Below the pieces are notes generated by a model. The model searched no databases. It was not told the DNA's origin and saw only the letters and a list, made by a program, of their open reading frames with translations. A stretch of 64,000 nt of DNA from Folioceros fuciformis. Lineage: Eukaryota. Both the position numbers and the translations under genes were made by a program. Shown in pieces: positions 1 to 14,502 of the stretch (position 1 is the first letter of the stretch; the number at the start of each line of letters is the position of its first letter). The DNA is taken from contig JBNGIO010006298.1 in the NCBI GenBank assembly GCA_049999805.1, positions 30,920 to 94,919 on the forward strand. The letters are read 5' to 3'.

Positions 1-1099
1 CCGGCCGGTACAGCGCAGCAGCCGGACACGGGGACGGCGGCCTGCGATGCACCAGTCACGCAGAGGCGGGCCGCATTGCGCGCACAGCGCAGCGCAGCGC
101 AGCTCAGCGCATTCCCAGAAGAGCAGACTGGGGCTCCCTCCCGCCGCGACGGACCCCGCTCCCCAGCGGTCGGCAAGCTTGGACGAGGCGGATACCCAGG
201 CGGCGGGGCTCGAAGGCGGGGCTGGTCGGGGCAGGCCAGGGCAGGGCAGGGCAGGGCAGGTCGAGGCGATCCCGATGTGGCTGGCTATGGCAAAGGCTGC
301 GCGCAGGCGGGACACCAAGTAGGGCACAGCAAGAAGGCGGCGTAAATGGCGCAACAGGAGGCACGCTGCATGGGACGTCGGGAGGCGGGCCGAGTATTTC
401 TTGCACCCTCGTTGGAAGGAAGAGGGAATGCGTCTGGACAGTCGCCGCTGATGGAGGGTGGGCCCGCCAGCATGCCCCATCAGGATGCCTATGCCACGTC
501 AAACTAGTAGATACATGGAGGATGAAGGGGATTCGCCGCCCCCCTGAAATCGTTTCGCCGCTGCGGGGGGGCCCGGCACGAGGAATCCAGGATCCCTTTC
601 CTGCTTTCCTAGAACCACCTGGATCATGTTCACGTCGTCCAACGCCTAGGATGTAGTGTGCCACGATTGCCACATTGTCACATGCCTTTAATGCTTCCCT
701 TTCTCTCCTCTTCCAAACATACATACATGCATCTACATCTACATCTACATCTATACCTATACCTATACTAAAAATAATAATAAGCATTGACTTTATTCAA
801 GACGATATGATAAAAAAAATTGAATATTTAAACTATACGATTTAATCTGTAACTTCTCCTTGTATAACATCTTGGTGAAAACATTCACCTTTTTTATCAT
901 TGACATGATGTAAGAGGCCGATTCTTTTCTTCATGATGGGGAGTTGAATTCGTGAATCGATGTATTGATGAGATGGACTTGGGATTCGGAGTAACCTTAT
1001 CTCCGTGAAACTTGAAGTCCACTATCCAACCTAGAAAAGAAAAGTAATCATGAGATATTCTTCTTCTATAACTAATTGATTTTGTTGCACGCATTGCAA

Positions 1100-2480
1100 G
1101 AAGCAATATCATGAAAAGTCCCATCTACCCACTAAGTAGTGATACATATTAATGAAAAAAAGATGGAAAATATCATCTACATCAAAGATTGGAGATGAGG
1201 AGGACCAAACTCAAAGAAGCCAAAAGCCAAAAGAGGACTAGCTGTTTCGAATATCATTCCTAAAACTACCTATTTCTTTTCTTTTGTGATGTTCGTGATG
1301 TTAAGTAATGAAAGGCCTACTTACAACCAATGCCAAAGAAGTTGCTTGACCTTTGTATTTACAAAGTAATGGATATATGCTGCCGAAAGAAGGCTACCAC
1401 GAAGAAAAGAAATGAGAGACTCTCAATCCTGTAACTATGATACACCTCTATACACTCGGTAATATAATAGGCCATGAGAGCAAGGGAGATTGAAAACATG
1501 TTTCTTTTGCAAATGAAAATACTTATAGGTTTCAGCATTCGAACAACCCTTCGCCGCCCAAAGAGGGTTGATGACGATGTGCTTGCAAACTAAATCCCTA
1601 ATGAGAATTGGTACGACCATATTGCAACAAAAACTTGTTCCCCCTTGTGAAAAAGATAAACTCTGAACAAAACCCACTACACTATGTACATACAAGTCCT
1701 CCTTTATGAAATAAACCCACACCCCCTAGCCATAAAGAAGATAGCACCTCGAACTACATCGTGGACTATGGGAATGCCCTGTCATAAGATGACATGCCGG
1801 ATAAGACCCTAAATCAAGGATGGCAGCCCCACAACTACATATAGAAAGAGAAAAACCCTAAAGATGTTTAGGGAAGAAGTTTAGGGTTGAAGTAAGGCCA
1901 AGTAGAATCTCATTGCGGCTGCAGTTGTAAAAGTTGTAGGTGCTATTCGAAATGCCTAAATGCAAGGTTGAGCCAAAAGCCAAGAGCCCACTCCTTTTCT
2001 TGAACAAGAGTGAATATAAGCCTAAGAAGACGTTTGGATGGATGAGTCTAAGAGAAGGGCTCCTAGCACTTCAACACATTACTTTTTTAAGACGAAGACA
2101 TGAAAACCCCTCAACCCTTCCCTACAAGAGGAGATAGAGAGAAGACACTTCCTTCAGAGCCTCCAAAGCTAAAGAATCCCTTCCTTGACTATGAGACATT
2201 TATAAAGAGAAAACCCCCTCTTCAATATCTAAGATGAAATCCTCCAAAACATAGAAACCACAAGGCTAGAATTAGATTCAAGAGGGCCCAGCTATCGAGG
2301 AAGGCTACTAGGGCAGAGGCCTCCTTGGCCAAAAGGTCAACGTGCCTAAAGGTAACTAGTAAAGATGCTTCCTTCGGGGCCAAATCACCAATAGTACATG
2401 ATGTCCATGGACACCTGTATCACCTAATTTTCTAAGACTTGATAAGAAAGCCGGAGAAGGACCAACAATTTTGGCAAGAT
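1100..2480 (+). mobile_element. Possible highly degenerate non-LTR retroelement ORF1 remnant
   Basis: AT-rich and stop-riddled. Fragments such as IYIKDW, FRISFLKLPISFF and CFFCK resemble the L1 ORF1 layout. Confidence 0.25.
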
Positions 2481-2496
2481 TGCCTGGTTGCCGTGC

Positions 2497-2745
2497 AAAG
2501 TAGGAATACTTAATGCAATACCCATTTTGTGAGAGGTCCATGAGATGAGCCAAAAGTAGGAATACTTAATGCAATACCCATTTTGTGAGAGGTCCATGAG
2601 ATGAGCCAAATCTTTATCTGAAACTACATCCACAAATCGATGGACAAAATCAACAGGTCCTCGTCCACCACTCTCTACATCCACAAATCGATGGACAAAA
2701 TCAACAGGTCCTCGTCCACCACTCTCGACGTCCACCACTCTCGAC
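2497..2745. repeat. Two adjacent exact tandem duplications (56-bp and 51-bp periods)
   Basis: aaagtaggaatactt...gagccaaa at 2497 and 2553; ctacatccacaaatcg...ccaccactctc at 2624 and 2675. Confidence 0.9.
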
Positions 2746-3221
2746 GGGGAGTGATGCTTGAAGAGTCCAAACTTTGCAATTAAATAACTTCACCCTTACT
2801 CCCTCTGATTGATTAAACGACAGATCTCATGTACACCGAGCCGGCCAATGATGTGAAGCCCCATCCATACAAAGGGGATAGTGGGAGGTATTGGAAGGCC
2901 TGAGTATACTCCGATGCCGATGGGAGAAGAGTACGAGCCACAGGAGGTTCTGCACTCCACACGAGTTTGTATACTTGAGAGTGCTCGATATTAGTCCTGG
3001 AAAACCCAGATTCCCCGAGGTACAACCCTTCCGGGGCGAGAGGGGAGGGGCATATGAACTTTCCCACACCAAGGCGAGTACCTAACGATGGCAACAATAG
3101 GTGTTGAGTTCTTTCTTTCTTCCACAGAAGTCCTAGAATGATTCTTGTGGCAAAGAGTTGGGCTTCACCTGAAACTGCTTGACCGGAATCTGCATATATA
3201 CAGACAGTGTTCACCAGCGGA

Positions 3222-4806
3222 TCACAGCCTACTAGCCGGAGTTAGCTTGTGGCCGCCGTCGACTATGACCAAAACCTTGCCCAAGACTTGCCTCTGCTGT
3301 ATCGATGCAAAGGCCAAGTTGGTCTGCAAAGGAACACAGAAAGCCTCAGGTAAGCGGCACTATCAGAGCAGGAAGAAAGTTTGCGGTATCAGAGAAAGCA
3401 AAGAAACGTATGGAGTGTCATGAACACCTGAGAGAGATCGAACGTGTGGGATACGTGTACGTGAATACGCCCCTGCTCAAACCATGATATCAGCTGTTTC
3501 ATGGAGTTTCGTAACACATCAGGGCTGTGGATGTAGTGTCTTCCCCAGAACAGACCATGGACAGTCCAATTCTGCAGAGAGAACAGAATGTGCGATGAAC
3601 AACTTTTGGCAGTTGGCGAGCACTCTCGTTGCGTGTGCTGCTGCTACACATGAAGAAATGCTCACCTTTACGAGAGCGATGTTTGCTGAGATGGAGGGTA
3701 TGCCACCGCTAGCGAAACCCACGATCACAATTTGAGCTCCCCAGTTCAGTAGCTTCAAGCTGTCCTTGAATAATTCCCCCCCCACGGGATCGTAGAAGAC
3801 GTCAACACCTCTGAGTTTCCGCGACTTCAAGAAAGCCTTCACGGAGTCTATCAACTTCCCATTGCTTGGATCAACCACATAGTCTGCACCGAAGGATTTG
3901 AGAAGTGCTGCCTTCTCTGGTCCCCTGACGATGACCAACAGCAGATGTCAGGCCTGAAGTGGGCACAGGAATAGAAGGCTGCAATGCCACAAAACCAACA
4001 GTATTGGACAGTGGAGGTCAAACCTAGCAGCTGCAATCACAGTAGCCCCCAAGATCTTCCCTATCTGGACAGCAGCTAGCCCAACTCCACCTGCAGCACC
4101 TAAGACCAAAAGCACCTGGAACAGTCCACGAGCTGAGAATGAGCTTCATTCTCCTGAGGAACAATTGATGACCTTTGGGTTTTCGTGTCTGGAAGACAAG
4201 GGCGAGAGTTTGCCATCTGTCGCACATACCTGGCCTGACTGAAGATTCGCTCTGTGCACCAATCCCAGATGTGAAGTGCCAAAAGCAACGGTAAGCCCTG
4301 CTGCAGCGGCCAGGTCCACGGTCGGGGGAAGAAGGAACCTGCAGGAGCATGACATGAGCCGCCACACTCATGTGAGCTACTGCGAGTGCAATTGCAGCCA
4401 CCTTGCAAGCACTTTCACACATGACACTCATGCAGGAGGTGCAAGGTGCTCACACTCGTTGCTGGTCCACAACCACCTCCTCTGCATACGCTCCCACATC
4501 AGCAACTCCACAAACGGGATCCCCGACTTTCACCTCGGTCACATCCGATCCCACCTCCAGCACAACACCTGAGAAATCAGTGCCTGGAACAAAAGGCAGA
4601 GCTGGCTTCTCTTGATACAGTCCCCGAACCATGAGGACATTGGCGAAGTTCACGCTTGCAGCTTTCAATCCAACCCTGACATAATTGGTGGACGGCAGTT
4701 CTGTCCGGGGCAATTGGGTGATGTGCAGGGCGGAGGAGTCCGAGAAAGGAGCTGTTGGGTCTCCCAGCTTCCTGCAAACCACAGCTCTGAAAGTGCCAGG
4801 AGCCAT
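3222..4806 (-). CDS. Zinc-binding dehydrogenase / quinone oxidoreductase-like protein (MDR family), multi-exon, probably peroxisomal
   Basis: Exons give MAPGTFRAVVCRKLGDP...VNFANVLMVRGLYQEKPALPFVPGTDFSG, GVDVFYDPVGG, VGFASGGIPSISANIALVK|NWTVHGLFWG. The last exon ends VLGKVLVIVDGGHKLTPASRL* (PTS1-type SRL). GT-AG boundaries are visible. Confidence 0.9.
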
Positions 4807-5147
4807 CCCAACCGTCCTTCGAGTCTGAAAATTCCTCAAGCTCCGGGCAATGAAGTTCCCGGATCAGAAGCCTTCGCGGGCCACCAAGGCGCTGGACCCA
4901 GCTACGCTCAAGACATCACCAAAACTGGGAGCCGACGAAAGAGATTGTCCCTTGCAAATTCTTCGAATCCTGGCGCAAAATATCGGAAATCAGGATGCGA
5001 CGGGTTCAGCACGCGAGGAACGCAGTACTCACTGGTGCCTGTATTACCAACAAAATTTCTCGACAATGTAGGAAACTATTTTCCAGAGCTGGGCTGTAAC
5101 TAGACACAATTTTCCCTCGTCTCTGCACCCCAATTTTCCTGAAGGAA

Positions 5148-8826
<3,679 letters not shown>

Positions 8827-9092
8827 GCAGAACATGCCTGCCGAGATCTTCCTGACTTTGCAAGTAGCAAAACAACGTCTCTCTGGGCGGCCTACTGTAC
8901 GTTGAAACATCCAAATTCCGAATCCACACCAAGTCTCCACCACTGTACACTCATCACTGCACACCTGAGCAGGTCCTAGTTCCACAAGCTAGGGACCCGA
9001 CCCGACCCGACCCGACACCACCCGCCGATACGTCATGCCACATTTTTACTGCATGCACAACAAATCCGCATCAGCAAAGCCTGGAACGGCCT

Positions 9093-9584
9093 CTACGCGT
9101 CCCCAGGCTTGGAGCAAGGGCAGCAAGCACAACACTCTCCGCACTTGCAAACAGGCTCTCCAGTAACAGCGTTGATCCTGGGGCACGAGCAGGGGTTGCA
9201 GCTGCAGTTCCCTCCACACTTGCATGTTGTGGCACTGCAGACAAGCGATACAACAGCGGCAAGGGCAAGGGCAAGGTCAGTCTTCCCAAACCACAATTCA
9301 CGCTGCCGAATCTGCAAGTAACACGGATGCACAACACTCACATCCCCGTGCCGCCCTCCTGCGCAGTGCCGCCAGACTCGCTACACCTGCTCAAGGAAGC
9401 ACAATCCCGGGACGTGAGAGAAGTGAAAATGAACAAGCCTTGCAGGCAGGCAGGCAGGCGAAACTAACAGCCGTGACACCAATTCGCAGAAATGCAAGGC
9501 CATGGCGCACCGGCAGTTGCTTCCGCAAGGGCAAGGGTTGCCGCAGCGGCAGGTCGTGCTGCATCCGCATCCTACTGTTGCCAT
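9093..9584 (-). CDS. Type-4 (Ec-like) metallothionein, 86 aa, 3 exons (9584-9511, 9386-9342, 9234-9093)
   Basis: The spliced product is MATVGCGCSTTCRCGNPCPCGSNCRCSESGGTAQEGGTGIATTCKCGGNCSCNPCSCPRINAVTGEPVCKCGECCACCPCSKPGDA*. Both introns are GT-AG and preserve frame (74+45+142=261 nt). Three Cys clusters are present, including the TTCxCGxxCxCNPCxC motif. Confidence 0.88.
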
Positions 9585-9869
9585 CTCCCCGGCTTTGCGC
9601 AGACGCTCTTCTCCGGATCGACCAGCTGGTACGAAAGAAAGAGAACCACAGCAGCACTGAGCAGGCAGCATGGGCGGTGTCGGCTCATAAAAGCACCAGG
9701 CAGGGACAACTGGCAGTGCGTGAGGTGGCGTGCCAAAATGGTGCCACTTCATTGCCAAGTGTCCAAGCGTGCAAGTGTCCCTCCACTTCATGCAGGCATC
9801 CCAACTGTGCCACTCCGGAGGAGTCCTTTAAGAACTTCAAGGGAATTCTTCATTTTCACGCAATTGCTG

Positions 9870-10653
9870 CCTCCAGTAACGCCCCCCTTCCTTACGCAGC
9901 GTAAAAGGAAGCAACGGCCTCGAATCTCGTCTAAACACTCCGCAGCGCTCCACTTGCAATTCACTCACTCCCTCTCACACGACTCAGCACTAGGCTCCAA
10001 GTAGCCCGCCGTCCACTGACGACTCGCAGACCACCTCCTCTAGGTGCTGCTCTTTATTCCAGTTACTTACAAAAGAGTCTGGCGATCTACGCCCCACTGG
10101 CTACTGCCCTCGACTCTATCTAACAAGCTTGCTCTTCAAGCCCTCCACAGCTATGCCTCTAGGCTAGACTTCTCACTATCTGCCTCTTTGTGTATCAGTG
10201 TATCACCGTATCCTTAAGACCCTAACACTGGCCTATTTATACTCCACAGCTAAGCCACTGCTAAAACTGGGAATGATACACACCACTCATCCTAGAATAC
10301 TAGTGGTCATTACAACTCCATCCTTCTTAGGAGGTTTTGCCTGGAACACACAATTTGTTTCCAAAGGCAGCAAGAAGCATACTTGCTTCTTCATCAAGAC
10401 AGCTCTAGATTTAGCTTTCACCTTTCTACTTTTAACTTTCTTTAGCTTTCACCTTTCTACTTTTAACTTTCACCTTATTTCACTTATGCCATTACTCCTC
10501 CAACCTTTTTGTTCATTCACTTTGGTGCCTTTTTGTATTATGTTACATGATTACGACTAGGGAGAGAGGAGGGCCTCTCGTNNNNNNNNNNGTATTATGT
10601 TACATGATTACGACTAGGGAGAGAGGAGGGCCTCTCGTGCCTAGCCCCTGACA
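9870..10653 (-). mobile_element. Possible degenerate solo-LTR-like remnant
   Basis: Non-coding, with TATA-like GTATAAATAG and AATAAA on the minus strand and a TGTCAGGGG start at 10653. No target-site duplication was found, and the region is interrupted by an N gap. Confidence 0.25.
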
Positions 10654-10832
10654 ATCTGTGTCTACTTAGACACTCCAACCATGAGCGAAGGTAAATACCA
10701 TCCAGGGAGGACAGTGTCTAACCATGAGCGAAGGTAAATACCATCCAGGGAGGACAGAAGGAAACCACGTACACACCTATCCAAGCGAGACGCCGAGTAC
10801 TGGGGCTCAAGCCAAAACACAATCCAGAAATG

Positions 10833-10857
10833 TGCGGTGAGCGTGGATCGAACACGC

Positions 10858-10900
<43 letters not shown>

Positions 10901-10905
10901 CCCGC
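10833..10905 (-). tRNA. tRNA-Phe (GAA)
   Basis: GCGGGGATAGCTCAGTTGGGAGAGCGTCAGACTGAAGATCTGAAGGTCGCGTGTTCGATCCACGCTCACCGCA is a canonical plant cytosolic tRNA-Phe. An AT-rich TATA-like region and a CAA motif lie upstream. Confidence 0.97.
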
Positions 10906-10960
10906 TTTGATACACAAGTGAAGTAGTATTATTTATATATTATATATAACTGTTCCCAGT

Positions 10961-11975
10961 GCCGGAACCACCATCCAGGGCCTCTCCGGTGTCTGTGCAC
11001 TGTGGAGTGCGTGATTGATGGGGCTGCATTTGTGTTGCTCCCAATGCGAGTGAGTCAACACACGGTTCACAGAATTGGCCTGCGAGGCATCACAATTGCA
11101 AGACTCCACTGTCGGCTGCATTGCAGGAGATTAGATTGCGTGCCTGTTGAACTGCGTACGGCGCAAGTCTACGCTGCAGCTCATCACTCAATGATGCACT
11201 ATTCAGTGAGTGTGGTCATTGCTGCAGCTTGTGTGAGGCTCAGGCTGGGCTAGCGCACCATGGTCATGTTCTCTCACGCCTGGACGATTAACGTCTATTC
11301 CCTCCTACCATTGCTGCTGTACATTTTCGCGTACATCCTTCCATTGTATTTTTCGTCATCCTTGTACGCTGTATGGACATCGCTGTGAACGCGTCAGTCT
11401 GGTGCGCATTATGGGCATCGTCGTGAATGCCTTGGCCTGGTGTGCATTACGGGGATCGGATCCACTGCGGCTTCATCTCCGGGTCCACGTCCTGCGCCTT
11501 GACGTTACGATTACTGTGAGCCGGAACCAGGATCCAGGACCTGACTGTCACGAGACTGCGCATTACGGAGTAGACAATTCGTGAGCTGCCCTTGTAATTG
11601 CTCCCCTTTCGAGCAACACACTGACCCCTGAACTGCAAGTCATCACGCTGTGTGCCTCTCCATCCTGTGACGTATTGCACGGACTTGCATTGCACGACCG
11701 TAGCCCTGCCTAGGCTGCAAATCTGCACTGCTGGCCATCACCGGTACCATTCACTGAGTTTGATCGTTGTTGGCATTTGCGTGAGGCTAGGCTAGCACAC
11801 CATGTGCACGGTTCGCTCAGTCCAGCACGATTCACGTTGTGGTTAGAATCTCTCTTCCCAAAAAATACGCATCCTTGGGTTGTATGTCTCCCGAGACGTT
11901 TGCCTGTGAAGGTCTGCTGTTACTTCCAAATTAGTGTGGCCCGATGGGCATCGTTGTGAACGCGTTAGCCTAGTG
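10961..11975. repeat. Degenerate tandem duplication, period about 550 bp, with an internal 38-bp repeat
   Basis: Colinear matches: gccggaacca..atccagg (10961/11520), gctagc(g/a)caccatg (about 11249/11791), and atgg(a/g)catcg..gtgaa(c/t)gc (about 11373, 11411, 11944). Confidence 0.7.
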
Positions 11976-14502
11976 ACCTCTTGCATTTCCTTGCTTGATT
12001 CCCGGTTGACGTCGTCCCTGGTAAGAGGACTCTGGGATTCCTCTCGCGATTTATTCTGCGTGAGACCAACCTGGTCTTTAAGGAGGTAAACAGAGTCACA
12101 CGTTATACAGTTGGCATATGTACCAAAGACTGAAAAGCACAATACATGAGCGTGAGTCGAAGACGCGACCTTCACGCGTCCAGTTAGAAGGATGGGCGAT
12201 GTTTACTTAGCATTGGTGCGCTACGAGATTTACTTGCTTGGGATTGGAGCAAAAGACGAGTCTAGACGCTCCATCATGTCAGCTGAATCCTTCAATTCAC
12301 AAACGGATGGTCGACAAGAGTGAGGACGGAAAGATGACAATTGGGGAGGTTGACGTTGAGTCAGACAAAATTGAGAGTGTCTCCCGTCTCCATAGTAATT
12401 GGGAGGTTATGATGGCCGGGACGTNNNNNNNNNNTGTCTCCCGTCTCCATAGTAATTGGGAGGTTATGATGGCCGGGACGTCAGATGAGGAGATGACAGT
12501 CAACCCCCGTTAGCCTCCCCAACATTGCCCGTGTTGGCTTACCCCTCCTTCAAGGGATTTGAACACCATCCCAAAGTAGAGAGAAAGCTCCACTAAAATT
12601 ACAAATAAAAGTATATTTTTAAATAGATATATATAAATAATCTATATAATTTATATAAATATAAATAGACGTAGAGGTACATTTACAACATATATTTATA
12701 ATAATTTTTATTGTAAACTATTATGTTCCTCATGGTACATCGTGGTAGGATTGGTGTTAGTACAATTAGGAATGGTGTTAGTACAATTTCTTGCAACATT
12801 TCAACATTGTTTGCAAGGTTTTCTTCAACTTGAGGGAATAGTGAATGATCTTTTCTCCTCTTAGACTATGATGGTTTAGGTGCTATGGGTAGTCATTAGG
12901 CTTTAGGGGGTTAGCTCTATTGGTAGTCATTAGGCTTCAGGGGGTTATGGTGTATCTTCCTCCTTAGGGGTAGATAGTTTTTCCATTTTTTTCTTTTTAA
13001 ATAAATAAATTACCTATGAAGAGTAATGTACTCTTCAATACTTATGGTTGGATATCCAATAGTTGATGTTATCATGTTATCATCCATATCCTCATATGTC
13101 AGAAACACTAACCTCCTGCAATTGAGATTGGGGAGATTCAAAATCTGAGTATGCAATGACTCAGTATGAAATAAGGATCTTGTTTAGGGTCTTCCACATC
13201 ATATGGTTGCATAACATTCAAATTCAATATCTTCTACTTACAATGCTGCATTTAGAGTACTATGCCTTTGAGAATTGCTGATGGTGTGTGGACTAATATG
13301 ATCCCTTCATGCTTTCATCTAACATAACAATTCCTTATGGACATCAATGGTAGGGAAAAAAAATTATAATATTTTGAGATCAAATGATTCCGTATCCAAT
13401 AGCTAATACAAGCTAATTACATTCCAGGGTAGATAAATGCTTTTGTGACATGCAATTTATCTTCAATTTGATGACAACTCTAGCTCCATGGACACACTGG
13501 CTTGTTCCCATAAGGGGCTGTAACATTCTTTTTAATAATAAAGAAATTAAAATTCTATTTAAAGAAATAAAAAAAGAAGAAGAAGAATTATACGTTTTGA
13601 AAAAGTCTCGATTGCCATTTAGGGAATTTCCTTTGAGTCCATTTTTTAACAAAGTAAATAATTGGAAGTACGGGGGAAGGTCCATTTATGGAATTCCCTT
13701 TCTAGGGAGGGCCGACTGCACATGGGTAATGTTGGAGCCCGACAGCGGGTGACTGTCACCCGGTCTGGGACGCTATGGAGTATGCTTTGCAAAGTAAACG
13801 GAACTGGCGCCATCGCATATAAAGCCTGAGAGAGCGGCAGGCAGAGGCAGCTGGCGTGCTCTCCGCCCTGCCAACCCTGTCGTCCTCTCCCTCGTACACT
13901 TCTCCTTTCACACACTTCTCCCAGCTGCTCATTCCCGTGTAGCAGGTAGCTGCGCCTGGATCTGGAAGATTGCGACTGTTTTCACCGACCCTGGAGTGCC
14001 AAGCTTGCTTTGATTTGCACCTCCGGTGCGCACGTTTTCTACCCCGGTTTGGCATCGCATTCCGCACCTGCCTGCGAGGATTAGGCGAGAACACTACCAG
14101 TCCCTGGACGGAGAGATGGCGGACTGAGGGTCACTTCAAATCTTGCTGCCACAGCTAGTTAGTAGCATGTGTTGATGTGAGCTTGTCTCTGCCACCTCTG
14201 TGTCGCGGTTCCAGTACAGCTGTGGCCGGAATTCACCCGCTGAAGTTGTGGTTCGCAGTTGGATGGGATTATGTTATTGGCGCTATCTACGTATTGGTGC
14301 CGATTGATGATTCTACAGCGTATGCGGGTGTGCGGCAACGGAGAAATTAGGCCGACCCTTGGGTTTTCGAAGCAGGGTATGGCACTAGTGGGAGAACGAG
14401 CCTGGTGGTAGCCCCCCTCAGAAATCGTGTCGTAGGCTTGCCCACCGCTCGGTGATGCGGGCTGTCCAGTGCGAGGTTGTGGAGATTTAGCTGGTGTCGA
14501 GA

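Noticed and set aside
239-256. (GGGCA)n potential G-quadruplex and ORFs in the first 800 bp
   Set aside because: Simple pentanucleotide repeats recur at several GC-rich spots in the window. The ORFs are low-complexity and the context is truncated at the window edge.
2497-2745. Possible CRISPR-like repeat array
   Set aside because: Only two-copy head-to-tail duplications with no spacers, in a eukaryotic context with no cas genes.
4971-4980. E2F site upstream of MCM8
   Set aside because: TTTTGCGCCA does not fit the WTTSSCSS consensus.
10535-10638. 47-bp direct repeat flanking a 10-N gap (same pattern at 12378-12481)
   Set aside because: Identical sequence on both sides of a scaffold gap is the signature of unmerged contig overlap.
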